In this document: piece by piece, positions 30,576 to 42,225 of the stretch
Layout: every line of letters starts with the position of its first letter
Numbering within the stretch: position 1 is the stretch's first letter
DNA from: an uncultured Candidatus Rokubacteria bacterium
GTDB taxonomy: Bacteria > Methylomirabilota > Methylomirabilia > Rokubacteriales > CSP1-6
DNA: 64,000 nt
Assembly: GCA_963747235.1 (NCBI GenBank)
Contig: CAVVEU010000013.1
Span: 224,001-288,000, forward strand
Reading direction: 5' to 3'
Program-made: the position numbers and the translations under genes
The notes under the pieces: model-generated
The model's database searches: none
Told to the model about the DNA's origin: nothing
Seen by the model: only the letters and a program-made list of their open reading frames with translations

Positions 30576-30588
30576 GGTCAAGATTACC
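30576..30588. promoter_or_regulatory. Candidate enhancer (UAS) site
   Basis: GGTCA-AGA-TTACC, one mismatch to GGTAA-N3-TTACC, about 90 bp upstream of the promoter at 30487. Confidence 0.45.
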
Positions 30589-30626
30589 GAGTAGAACGGT
30601 TCCGATCGCGGGCGATCGCGCGCACG

Positions 30627-30642
30627 TGGCATGTCACTTGCG
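30627..30642 (+). promoter_or_regulatory. Sigma-54 -24/-12 promoter (divergent)
   Basis: TGGCATGTCACTTGCG. Confidence 0.75.
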
Positions 30643-30735
30643 ACATTTCAGGCGTCATGAGAACTCCACGCCCGTTGCAGATGGAGAATCTGATCCCGAT
30701 GGCGGCGCGAGCGACGATAGGATTCGACCCGCGCG

Positions 30736-30876
30736 ATGACGACGGCGCTGGGCGCCCTGGTCCTCGTGACGAGCCTGGTGCCGGTGTTCGCGGTGTGCAT
30801 GGCCGCGCTCGGCGCGCGGCAGCCCGACCGCGGGCGACTCAGGCGCTCGTCGGCGTCCGCCCGAGAATCCGCCTGA
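30736..30876 (+). CDS. Putative 46-aa single-TM peptide
   Basis: [46 protein letters not shown] downstream of a sigma-54 promoter; the true start may be ATG 30657 with an indel. Confidence 0.4.
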   Translation: MTTALGALVLVTSLVPVFAVCMAALGARQPDRGRLRRSSASARESA

Positions 30877-32281
30877 TCCCGGCCAGCGGGATCGCGACCC
30901 AGTCGGGGCGGTTGTCGAGCTCGTAGCGGAGCTCGTAGGCCGCCTTCTGCAGCTCGAACGGGGCGCACCGCCGAGAGCAGCGCGCCGGCGGTCGCCGGGA
31001 CGAGCGGCGTCGGGCTCCGGGTCACCTCGCGCGAGATACCCGGCCAGGAAGGCGTCGCGGGCCTGCGCCTCCCAGGCGGTGAGGGCCACGAGGGCCGCCG
31101 CCCGCTCGGGTTCCGGCCGGCGGAAGGCGACCGCGTGCGCCGCGTAGTCCAGGGAGCGCAGCATGCCCGCCACGTCGCGCAGGGCCGGCTGCTTCCGGCG
31201 GCGCTCGGCCAGCGGCCGGGCCGGCTCGCCCTCGAAGTCGATGATCACGAAGCCGTCGGCGGTCTTGAGCACCTGGCCGAGATGGTAGTCGCCGTGGACG
31301 CGGATCTTCGCGGTCGCCCCCGCGAGCCGGTCGAGCATCGCGAGCGCCCGGGCCACCGCGTCCGTCATGTGCGCGGCGTCGCCCGTGAGCTGCGCGCCGA
31401 GCACGGGGGCCGCCAGCTCGCGCGCGATCTCGCCGGCCCACCCCGCGACGTCGTCGCGGCCGACGGGCTCGGGGCGGAAGTCGGCGTCGCGGTCGTCGGA
31501 GGCCAGCGCGGCGTGCAGGCCCCCGGTGATCGCGCCCAGGCGGCGCACGTCTTCCACGAGCGGATCCGGCACGAGCGGATCGGGCCGGCGCGCGATGTCC
31601 GCGCCGCGTCCCGCGAGCGTCGAGACCACGTGGGTCCATCCGTCCCCGGTATTCGGCACGAACTCCTGGAGCACCGCGAGCGTCGCGGGCTCGCCCGCCC
31701 CGGCGTACTCCACCCAGCCCGCGAGCCGCGGCACGTGGCGGAAGGCGGTGCGGGTGGTGAGGAAGCGCGTGATCTCGAGATCGGGGTTCAGGCCGGGCTG
31801 GGGCCGGCGCAGCGACTTCAGCACGAGATCGCCGACCACGACGGAGGTATTGCTCTGCTCGCCGGTGAGGCGCCGCGCGGCCAGCGCGTCCGGATCGGCC
31901 GGAAACGCCCAGCCCGTGGTGGGCCGGAAGGCGAAGCGGCCGTGGCGGCCGTCGGCCGAGCGGCCGGCGGCGATGGCGGCGAGCACGCGGCGGCCGAAGC
32001 GCGGGTCGTGGTGGGCGTCCACCACCGCCTCCGCGCCGGCGCGGGCGAGCACGGCCTCCGGTGCGCCCTCGGCCGACACGGTGACCGGGACGTAGTAGGG
32101 GTCGCCGTCCACCGCGAGGAGCAGGAGCACGAGCGGCCCGTCGGGATCGAGGACGGCCCAGTCGAGCACCTCCACCGCCGCGATGCCGCGGGTCTTGGCC
32201 GCGAACCAGCGCTGGCGGATCAGGAAGCGCGCGAGATCGGAGCGGCCGGGGCCCGAGAGCAGCGCGACGAGCGCGGCGGGA

Positions 32282-32307
<26 letters not shown>
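30839..32307 (-). CDS. mak: Maltokinase Mak/Pep2 (indels near 31030 and 30960)
   Basis: [42 protein letters not shown]; C-terminal [16 protein letters not shown] is in another frame. Confidence 0.88.
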
Positions 32308-33962
<1,655 letters not shown>

Positions 33963-34073
33963 GGCCGGCTCACGGGTTGGGCGGGCGATCGGTTGTCCGC
34001 CCACAGACGAGTGTCCGGGGCAGTAGCCTGGCGAGGTGAAGCCGAAGGCGAGCCGAGCGGATAAATAATGCCG

Positions 34074-34115
34074 TTAAGGCTTTCAAGGGTGTTCAAGGCG
34101 TCGGTGTTCAAGGCG
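34074..34115. repeat. Short direct repeats in glgE-treS spacer
   Basis: GGTGTTCAAGGCG at 34088-34100 and 34103-34115; partial TTCAAGG at 34082 and TTAAGGC at 34074. Confidence 0.7.
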
Positions 34116-34123
34116 CAAGCTGT

Positions 34124-36107
34124 TCACGCGTAATAGTCAAAATCGCGCTCGCGCCGTCGCCAGCGGCCCACGCGATAGACATGCGCGGGCGCGATGCGCG
34201 GGTCGAGCGTGACCGCGTGGGTGGCGCCGCGCACGAGGCGGCGGTCGCCGCCCAGGAGCTCGTGGAGCTCGTAGGTCTCGTCGGGGGCGATGCCGATCTC
34301 GGCGAGCGGGATCTGCAGCGTGGCCTCGTGGGTGGCGAACGGGTCCAGGTTGATCGCGACCAGGATCACGTTGTCGCGTGCGGGCGTGAGCTTGCCGTAG
34401 AAGAGCACGTGCGGGCTGTCGGCCGCGTAGAAGCGCAGGCCGGCCATGGTGTGGAGCGCCGGGTTCTCGCTCCGGATCGCGTTGAGCCGCGCGATGTAGT
34501 CCGAGATGTTGCCGGGCGCGCTCCAGTCGCGCACCCGGATCTCGTACTTCTCCGAGGCCTGGTACTCCTCGCTGCCGGGCAGGGGTGTCGACTCGCAGAG
34601 CTCGTAGCCGCTGTAGATGCCCCAGACGGACGAGAGCGTGGCGGCCAGGGCGGCCCGCATGCGGAAGGCGGGTGGCCCGCCGCGCTGCAGCACCTCGGGG
34701 AGGATGTCGGGCGTGTTGACGAAGAAGTTGCCGCGGAAGTACTCGGCCATCTCCGAGCGCGTCAGCTCCTCGAGATACTCGGTCAGCTCCTCCTTGAAGT
34801 TGCGCCAGGTGAAGTAGGTGTAGGACTGGGTGAAGCCGGCCTTGCCGAGCGCGCGCATCACCTTGGGACGCGTGAAGGCCTCGGAGAGGAACACCACGTC
34901 GGGATCGCGGTCCTGGACCTCCCGGATCAGCCAGATCCAGAAGTCGAGCGGCTTGGTGTGCGGGTTGTCCACCCGGAACGTTCGCACGCCCTGGTCGATC
35001 CAGAATCGCACGACGCCCAGCAGGGCGTCCCAGAGCGATTCCCAGGCCGGGGTCGCGAAGTTGATCGGGTAGATGTCCTGGTACTTCTTGGGCGGGTTCT
35101 CCGCGTACTTGATGGTGCCGTCGGGCCGCTGGTAGAACCACTCCGGGTGCTCCCGCACCCACGGGTGATCCGGCGAGCACTGGATCGCGAAGTCGAGCGC
35201 GATCTCCATCCCCAGGCCCTGGGTGGTCTTCACGAGGCGGCGGAAGTCCTCGAGCGTGCCGAGCTCCGGATGCACCGCGGTGTGGCCGCCCTCGGGGCCG
35301 CCGATGGCCCACGGGCTGCCCGGATCGGCGGGGCCCGCGACCAGCGCGTTGTCCGGGCCCTTGCGCGCGGTGCGGCCGATGGGATGGATGGGCGGGAGAT
35401 AGACGACGTCGAAGCCCATGCGGCGGATCTCGGGGAGTCGGTCCACGCAGTCGTCGAAGGTCCCGTGGCGGCCGGGGACGAGGCCCTGCGAGCGCGGGAA
35501 CAGCTCGTACCAGGCCGCGAAGGCGGCCGCCGGCCGGTCCACCACCACCTCGAGCTCCCGGTCGTGGCGCGTGAGATCGGGACGCGGCTGGACGCGCGCC
35601 ATCACCTGGCGCGAGGTCGGGGTCGAGCAGCACGTCGAGGCGGCGGTCGCGCGAGGTCGCGGCCTCGAGCCGCTCCAGCGCGCGGGCCAGGGCGGCCGCG
35701 TCGGCGTCCGGCGCCCCTTCGCGCGCGCGCCGGAGCATCGCGCCGCCTTCCAGCAGCTCGCTCGTGAGATCGGCCTGCCCGCCGGCCAGGCGCCGCCGCA
35801 TCTCCTCGACCCAGGAGCCGAAGGCGTCGGTCCAGGCCTCCACGGTATAGCGATAGCGGGTGTTGGCCTCGAGCGGGAACGAGCCGGCCCAGCCGTCATT
35901 GTCCACCGGGAGGAGCGGCGCCGCGCGCCAGTCGGTCTCCCCGGCGGCGCGGAAGCGGATGGACGCGGCGAGCAGATCGTGGCCTTCCTTGAAGATGTCG
36001 GCGGTGACGGTCACGCGATCTCCGACGACGCGCTTGACCGGATAGCGGCCGTCGTCCACCGCGGGGCGTACGTGCTCGATCACGATCGGCCGGCGGGTCC
36101 GGCTCAT
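34124..36107 (-). CDS. glgE: Alpha-1,4-glucan:maltose-1-phosphate maltosyltransferase (indel near 35610)
   Basis: WYELFPRS, YLPPIHPIG, YAENPPKKYQDIYP, FRVDNPHTKP, LSEAFTRP motifs. Confidence 0.95.
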
Positions 36108-37339
36108 CGCCACCGATCCACCAGGTAGGACTTGTCCTCCTCGAACATGCCGCCCAGGCGCGTCGCGCTCTGGACCAGGGCGGCGGGCGGCCGCGCGCTG
36201 GTCTCGATGACGACGGACGCGGCGCGACCCAGGTAGAGCGGGGCCAGCGACTGGACGGCGTGGCTCCGGTAGACGACGCGGGCGCGATAGGCGAGCAGGA
36301 AGTCGTACACCACGCGCGTCCACAGCCGGTCGGAGAAGCGGAAGCGCTCGAGCGGCCGATCGCTGAGCTCGAGCACCTCGCCCAGATTCTCGGGGGCCAG
36401 GATGCGCTCCCACACCGGGAGGAGATCGCGCACGCCCTGGACGAAGCCGACCTGCATCAGCGAAGGATCCACCGTGGGCCCGCCCGGCAGCGGCTCGGGC
36501 GGGGCGCCGAAGGTCACCACCGGCTCCGACCCGCGGATGTCCAGCCAGTAGTGCTCCGACTGTTCGGCCAGGGCGAAGAGGGCGCCGGCCACCCGGCCCA
36601 CCGTGCGCCCGAGCGGGGCGGGCGGCTGGGTGGCCGCCACCGTCCGTGGGCCCAGCACGGCCTGCGCCACCGTGAAGCCCCGCTCGATCGCGGCCGCGGG
36701 GATCCAGAACTCGAGGCCGTGATGGCCGAGGTCCGTCTCCCAGACCGGATCCGCGAGGAAGGCGTCGGCGACCGCCCCCGAGCAGGCGAACTCCTCGGCC
36801 AGCGGATGGATGAGCTGCCGCCCGAAGAGGCTACGCATCAGCGGCACGACGAGGGCCTGGGTGAGGGTGCCGTCGTAGCGGTAGCGATGGTAGATCGGCA
36901 GCACGAGCCCGACGTCGTCCTTGAGCACGGGCGTGGCCAGGGCGCGGACCCAGTCCACGGTGGTGCTGCCGAGATCGGCGTTGAGCATCACGAGCGCCCG
37001 CGCCTCGAGCCTCCGGCCGACGGTGAGCATCGTGCGCACCGCCTGCGCCCAGTCGAGCGCGCCGTCCGCGGTGTGCCCGGCCCCGGCGGCCCGGATCACG
37101 CGCACGGGGCCCAGGGCGGCGGCCAGGGCGGCCGGCGTCTCCTCGGACGGGGCCTGGTCCACGTGCACGACCACCGCGGCCTGGCCCGCGAAGTGCGCGT
37201 CCAGGCCCGCGCGCACCGCGGCGGCCACCGCGGCGACGGTGGCGCTCGGCCCGGCGGTGGCCAGGCCCACCACGAGGTCGGCGGTGCCGATCCGCTCGAC
37301 GGTGGTCCGGACCTCGTCGGCGAGCTCGAGCGTCTCCAT
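36104..37339 (-). CDS. Glucosylglycerate-synthase-like GT-A protein, degenerate
   Basis: PIYHRYRYDGTLT...PLMRSLFG and PLYLGRAAS family motifs; the DxD position reads NAD. Confidence 0.7.
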   Translation of the reverse strand: METLELADEVRTTVERIGTADLVVGLATAGPSATVAAVAAAVRAGLDAHFAGQAAVVVHVDQAPSEETPAALAAALGPVRVIRAAGAGHTADGALDWAQAVRTMLTVGRRLEARALVMLNADLGSTTVDWVRALATPVLKDDVGLVLPIYHRYRYDGTLTQALVVPLMRSLFGRQLIHPLAEEFACSGAVADAFLADPVWETDLGHHGLEFWIPAAAIERGFTVAQAVLGPRTVAATQPPAPLGRTVGRVAGALFALAEQSEHYWLDIRGSEPVVTFGAPPEPLPGGPTVDPSLMQVGFVQGVRDLLPVWERILAPENLGEVLELSDRPLERFRFSDRLWTRVVYDFLLAYRARVVYRSHAVQSLAPLYLGRAASVVIETSARPPAALVQSATRLGGMFEEDKSYLVDRWR

Positions 37340-38541
37340 CACCGGGTGAGATGGGCGAGCAGCGCGAGATAGTCGCTGAGCTGGCGGGTCACGAGGAAAT
37401 TGCGGCGCACGTGCTCGCGCCCGGCCGCGCCCATGCGGCCGATGAGCTCGGGGTTGCTCAGGAGCTGCCGGATGCGGAACGCGGCCCCTTCCACGGTTTC
37501 CACGGTATACCCGGTGACGTTCACGACCATCTGAAATGGGATGCCCCCCGCGATGGTCCCGATCACCGGCTTGCCCTTCCACATCGCGGTGGCCACCTCG
37601 ATGGTGAAGTCGGCCTTGAGCGGCTTCTGGATCGCGATCGTCGCCGCGCGCTCGAGCGCGTTCAGCTCGGTCTGGGGATCGGGGGGCAGGACGATCACCG
37701 CGATGTCGGGATCCTGCCCGGCCGCTTCCTGGACGTCGGCGAGGACGTCGCCGCCGGGCGCGGGAGGCGGACCGGCCAGCACGAGCCGGACGTCGTGGTG
37801 CTTCTTCACGAGCCGGAAGGCGTTGATGACGCCGAGCGGGTCGTGCTGGCGCTCGAACGGCCCCACCTGGAGCAGGATCGGCTTGTCGCGCGGGACCTGG
37901 AGGCGATCCATCTGGGCGGCCTGCTCGGCGCGGGTCATCTCGCGGTTGCGCTCGGAGAGCGGATCGATGGACGGGTAGACGACGAACCGCGGGATGGAGA
38001 GCGGCGTGGCGAAGCGGGCGAGGGAGAAGACGGCCGCGTCGTAACGCTGGGCGATCGGGCGGAGCGCGCTCCAGATCTGCGGCTGGGCCGAGGAGAGATC
38101 CTGGTGGCAGCGCCACACCCAGCGCCCGGCGCCGCCGCGCTGCTCGACCAGGCCCAGCGGCGGCGCGTCGTGCACCATCACGAGATCGGCGTCGAGCCGG
38201 AGCCGGCGCGCGTTCTCGGCCGCGGTCTCGCGCAGGCGGGCCAGCATGGCCTCGGTGATGACCTGCTCGGTGCCCGCGAGGGCCCGGCTCACCGCGCGGC
38301 CGACCTGGTCGAAGTCCGCGGTGCCGATCGTGATCTCCCAGGTGGTGTCCACGCCCAGGTCGTTCATGATCGGGACGAGCCGGTTCAGCACCTCCACCCC
38401 CGCGCCCCCGTAGCGCGAGGCGCTCACGTGCACGAAGCGCTTCCCGCGCAGGCGCTCGCCGATGCGCATGAGGATGTCCACCGCGCCGCGGGGGGCGACC
38501 TGCCGGTAGTCGTCGAGCTTGAGCAGCGAGCTCTGGGCCAT
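37339..38541 (-). CDS. TreT-like GT4 glycosyltransferase, degenerate
   Basis: VMVHD, WVWRCHQD, PSIDPLSERN, AMWKGKPV, GREHVRRNFL motifs. Confidence 0.8.
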   Translation of the reverse strand: MAQSSLLKLDDYRQVAPRGAVDILMRIGERLRGKRFVHVSASRYGGAGVEVLNRLVPIMNDLGVDTTWEITIGTADFDQVGRAVSRALAGTEQVITEAMLARLRETAAENARRLRLDADLVMVHDAPPLGLVEQRGGAGRWVWRCHQDLSSAQPQIWSALRPIAQRYDAAVFSLARFATPLSIPRFVVYPSIDPLSERNREMTRAEQAAQMDRLQVPRDKPILLQVGPFERQHDPLGVINAFRLVKKHHDVRLVLAGPPPAPGGDVLADVQEAAGQDPDIAVIVLPPDPQTELNALERAATIAIQKPLKADFTIEVATAMWKGKPVIGTIAGGIPFQMVVNVTGYTVETVEGAAFRIRQLLSNPELIGRMGAAGREHVRRNFLVTRQLSDYLALLAHLTR

Positions 38542-39203
38542 CAGGCGGCTCCGTCCGCGATGGCGTCGGACAGGATGTTGAGATGGCGGTCGCGAATGCG
38601 CTCGAGGCTGCCCGCGTACGGGTCGATGTGGGCGAGCCGGTCGGCGACGTCGGGGAGGCCGAGCGCCCCCGCGACCCATTCGGCGAAGTCGCCGCGCCCG
38701 CGGCCGGCGCGGTAGCGCGCCTCGATCGTGTGGTAGAAGAGCGCGCTCACGTCCACCTCGACCAGCGCGTCGCGCAGCTCCGGGAGCGTGCGGGCCTGGT
38801 GGCCGGTGGGCACCGGGATGAGGTGCATCTGGAAGAAGCGGAATCGCTTGCCCTGCGTGCGGGCGGGTGCTCCGCCGAGATGCTGGAGGTGATCCGAGAT
38901 GGTGGCGACCAGCTCCTCGCGCACCCGCTCCATCGAGCCCGCGTGGAAGGCGTCCACCCCGGCCAGGCGCTCCGCGAGGCGCACGTCGCGCACCTCGGTG
39001 CCGACCCAGAGCGCGAAGTCGTTGGGATAGGCCTCGGCCAGCACCGGCCGGTGCAGCAGCGAGGCCGAGGTGTGGCAGAAGACGGACTCCACCGGCACGC
39101 GCTCGAGCTGCTCGAGCAGCTCGCGGGCGTCGTGGGCCTCGTGGGGCAGCAGCTCGTTCAGCTCGAGGCAGCCGAGGAAGACGAAGGGCTCGGTCGGGCT
39201 CAT
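38541..39203 (-). CDS. DUF5752-like protein (TreT-associated)
   Basis: Internal repeat PFVF...SVFCHT...NDFALWV / FRFF...ALFYHT...GDFAEWV; IDPY motif. Confidence 0.8.
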   Translation of the reverse strand: MSPTEPFVFLGCLELNELLPHEAHDARELLEQLERVPVESVFCHTSASLLHRPVLAEAYPNDFALWVGTEVRDVRLAERLAGVDAFHAGSMERVREELVATISDHLQHLGGAPARTQGKRFRFFQMHLIPVPTGHQARTLPELRDALVEVDVSALFYHTIEARYRAGRGRGDFAEWVAGALGLPDVADRLAHIDPYAGSLERIRDRHLNILSDAIADGAA

Positions 39204-39232
39204 GCGGTAAGCTCTCCCGGGGGACGACACCT

Positions 39233-40396
39233 GTGAGAATCCTGCTCCTGAGCCGAGAGTATCCGCCGCACGTCTATGGCGGCGCCGGTGTGGTGGTGGA
39301 TCACCTGAGCCGCGCGCTCGCCCGCCGCGCGTCGGTCGAGGTGCGCTGCTTCGGCGAGCAGAAGCAGACGCAGCCCCTGACCGTGCAGGGCTATGCGCCG
39401 TGGCCGCGCCTGGCCGGCGGGCCGGAGGCGCCCTACGCGCCCGCGCTCGAGGCCCTCTCGGTGGGGCTCGCGATGGCGCGCGATCCGGTGGCCGCCGACG
39501 TGGTGCACACGCATACCTGGTACGTGGGGCTGGGCGGGATGCTGGTGCAGTCCATCCACGACGTCCCGCTCGTGGTCACGCTCCACAGCATGGAGCCGCT
39601 CCGGCCGTGGAAGGCCGATCAGCTCGGCACCGGCTACGCGGTGTCGAGCTGGGCCGAGCGGCTGGCCGTCGAGCGCGCGGACCGCGTCATCGCGGTGTCG
39701 GCCCAGATGCGCGGCGACATCTTGACGCACTTCCAGGTCGATCCGGACCGGGTGGTGGTGATCCACAACGGGGTGGACGCGGACGCCTTCGCGCGCACCG
39801 AGCGGCGCGACGCGCTCGCGCGTCACGGGGTGCGCGCGCCCTACGCGCTGTTCGTCGGCCGGATCAGCGAGCAGAAGGGGATCTTCCAGCTCCTGGAGGC
39901 GGCGCGGGCCCTGCCCGCGGGCGTCCAGCTCGTGCTCTGCGCGAGCAGCCCGGACACGCCGGAGCTGCTCGCCCGGCTCGAGGCGGCGGTCGCGGGGCGC
40001 CCGGAGATCCACTGGATCAACGCGATGCTGCCGGTGCCCGAGGTGGTCCAGCTCTACAGCCACGCCGCCGTCTTCGTCTGCCCGTCCATCTACGAGCCGT
40101 TCGGCCTGATCAACCTCGAGGCGATGGCCTGCGGCACCCCGGTGGTGGCGAGCCGGGTCGGCGGCATCCCCGAGGTGGTGGTGGACGGCGAGACCGGCCG
40201 GCTGGTGGAGCCCGGCGACGTCGCCGCGCTCGGGCAGGCGCTGCGGGAGACGCTGGCCGATCCCGAGCGAGCCCGCCGCATGGGCGAGGCCGGGCGGCGC
40301 CGGGTGGAAGCGCACTTCTCGTGGGACCGCATCGCGGACCGGACGCTCGCCGTCTATCAGGACGCGATCGAGCATCACGGGCGCGCACTCAGGTAG
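39233..40396 (+). CDS. glgM: GlgM/GlgA-like GT4 (alpha-maltose-1-phosphate synthase type)
   Basis: REYPPHVYGGAG, HTHTWY, HSMEPLRPWKADQLG, GRISEQKG, CPSIYEPFGLINLEAMAC motifs. Confidence 0.88.
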   Translation: MRILLLSREYPPHVYGGAGVVVDHLSRALARRASVEVRCFGEQKQTQPLTVQGYAPWPRLAGGPEAPYAPALEALSVGLAMARDPVAADVVHTHTWYVGLGGMLVQSIHDVPLVVTLHSMEPLRPWKADQLGTGYAVSSWAERLAVERADRVIAVSAQMRGDILTHFQVDPDRVVVIHNGVDADAFARTERRDALARHGVRAPYALFVGRISEQKGIFQLLEAARALPAGVQLVLCASSPDTPELLARLEAAVAGRPEIHWINAMLPVPEVVQLYSHAAVFVCPSIYEPFGLINLEAMACGTPVVASRVGGIPEVVVDGETGRLVEPGDVAALGQALRETLADPERARRMGEAGRRRVEAHFSWDRIADRTLAVYQDAIEHHGRALR

Positions 40397-42225
40397 AAGG
40401 CCACGCTCCACGCCGGCAGCGTGGACCAGGAGGGTGACGGCAGGGCGAGCGCGTAGAGGCGTCGTCCCCAGTCCGCACCTGGCCCGTCGTGCGGCACGGG
40501 CACCGCGCCCAGGTTGGCGACGAGCCGCAGCGTGCCGGTCGGGAAGATCCACGCGACCTCGAGCGCGGTGTCGCCGAGCTGCTTCCACGAGCCGCCCGGC
40601 ACCGGCTCGTCCGCGAGCAGCGGCGCGACCACGCGGGCCCGCAGCTCGAGCAGGGCCTGATGGAACGCGAGCCAGTCCTTGTGGACGGCGGCGCCCGCGT
40701 GACTCCAGTCGAGCGTCGAGCGCCTGAAGGCCGACTCGGCCTGGGGATCGGGGATGCGCGCGCGCGTCGCGGGATCGGCGAACTCGGGAAAGCGCGCGAA
40801 TTCGCGCCGCCGGCCCTCGGACACGAGCGGGCCCAGCTCCGGGCCCAGATCGCTGAAGAACAGGAACGGCTCGGGCGCGGCCCATTCCTCGCCCATGAAC
40901 AGCAGGGGCAGCGCGGGGGAGAGCAGGAGCACCGTGGTGGCCGCGCGCACCGCGTCGGGCGAGGCGAGCGCGGCGATGCGCTCGCCGAGGGCGCGATTGC
41001 CGATCTGATCGTGATTCTGGATGAAGCCCACGAAGGCGGTGGGCGGCAGGTCCGCGCACGGCTCGCCGCGCGCGCCGTCCCGGTACGCGGACCGCTCGCC
41101 CTGGAACGCGAAGCCCTCGGTGAGGCAGCGGCCGAGGTGAGGCAGCGGCGGCTGGTAGTCGCCGTAGTAGCCGCCGCGCTCGCCGGTCAGGAGCACGTGC
41201 AGCGCGTGGTGCGCGTCGTCGTTCCACTGGGCCTGGTAGAGCGGGCGCCGGCCGGCGTCCCAGCTGTCCACCCGCCGGAGGTAGCGCGCCTCGTTGGCGC
41301 CGTTCTCCAGCACCAGGTGCACGCGGCGCTCGCGGCCGGGCCCGTCGGCCACCGCGCGGGCCAGCTCCACCAGGAGGTGGCGGGGCGACCCGTCCGCGAT
41401 CGCGTTGACCGCGTCGAGGCGCAGGCCGTCGAGGTGGTACTCCTCGATCCAGTAGAGCGCGTTGTGGATCATGAACGCGCGCACCACCTCGGAGCCGGGC
41501 CCGTCGTAGTTGACCCCGTCGCCCCACGGCGTCTGGTGGCGCGGGTTGAAGAAGCCGGGCGCGTAGCGGTGCAGATAGTTGCCCTCGGGCCCGAAGTGGT
41601 TGTAGACGACGTCGAGGAAGACGGCGAGGCCGCGCGCGTGCGCGGCGTCCACCAGGGCCTTGAGCTCCTCGGGCCGGCCATAGCTCGCCTCGGGCGCGTA
41701 GAGGAGCACGCCGTCGTAGCCCCAGCCCCGGCGGCCGGGAAAGTCGGCCAGCGGCATCAGCTCCACCGCGGTGACGCCGAGCGAGACCAGGTGATCGAGC
41801 CGCTCGGCCACGGCCGCGTAGGTGCCCGCCGGCGTGAAGGCGCCCACGTGCAGCTCGTAGAACACGAGGCGCTCCGGGGGCAGCCCGACCCAGGCGGTGT
41901 CGGTCCAGGCGTGGGCGAGGGGGTCCACCACCTCGCTCGCCCCGTGCACGTCGCCGGGCTGGAAGCGCGCGGCCGGATCGGGCACGAGCAGCTCGCCGTC
42001 GATGCGGTAGCGATAGCGCGTGCCCGGGGGCGCCTCCCGCGTCACGTACTCCGCCCACCCGCCCGCGTCGCGCGGCATGGCCACCGCGCGGCCCGGCTCC
42101 TCGAGCCACAGCTCGACCTGGCGCGCGCCGGGGGCCCAGAGGCGGAAGCGCGTGGTGCCGTCCTCGCGCACCTCCGCGCCGAACGGCATCCGATGCGCGC
42201 GCCGCGCCGCCGGGCCCGGGCTCAC
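40375..42225 (-). CDS. treZ: Malto-oligosyltrehalose trehalohydrolase
   Basis: FRLWAP, YELHVGAFT, WGYDG, DVVYNHFGPEGNYL, GLRLDAV, QNHDQIGNR motifs. Confidence 0.93.
   Translation of the reverse strand: MSPGPAARRAHRMPFGAEVREDGTTRFRLWAPGARQVELWLEEPGRAVAMPRDAGGWAEYVTREAPPGTRYRYRIDGELLVPDPAARFQPGDVHGASEVVDPLAHAWTDTAWVGLPPERLVFYELHVGAFTPAGTYAAVAERLDHLVSLGVTAVELMPLADFPGRRGWGYDGVLLYAPEASYGRPEELKALVDAAHARGLAVFLDVVYNHFGPEGNYLHRYAPGFFNPRHQTPWGDGVNYDGPGSEVVRAFMIHNALYWIEEYHLDGLRLDAVNAIADGSPRHLLVELARAVADGPGRERRVHLVLENGANEARYLRRVDSWDAGRRPLYQAQWNDDAHHALHVLLTGERGGYYGDYQPPLPHLGRCLTEGFAFQGERSAYRDGARGEPCADLPPTAFVGFIQNHDQIGNRALGERIAALASPDAVRAATTVLLLSPALPLLFMGEEWAAPEPFLFFSDLGPELGPLVSEGRRREFARFPEFADPATRARIPDPQAESAFRRSTLDWSHAGAAVHKDWLAFHQALLELRARVVAPLLADEPVPGGSWKQLGDTALEVAWIFPTGTLRLVANLGAVPVPHDGPGADWGRRLYALALPSPSWSTLPAWSVAFYLSARP

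Noticed and set aside
34059-34073. Sigma-54-like CGGCATTATTTATCC upstream of treS (minus strand)
   Set aside because: The -12 dinucleotide is CC rather than GC, so it is not counted as a promoter.
34074-34115. Direct repeats as a mini-CRISPR
   Set aside because: Repeats are 13 bp with 2-bp spacing and there are no cas genes.
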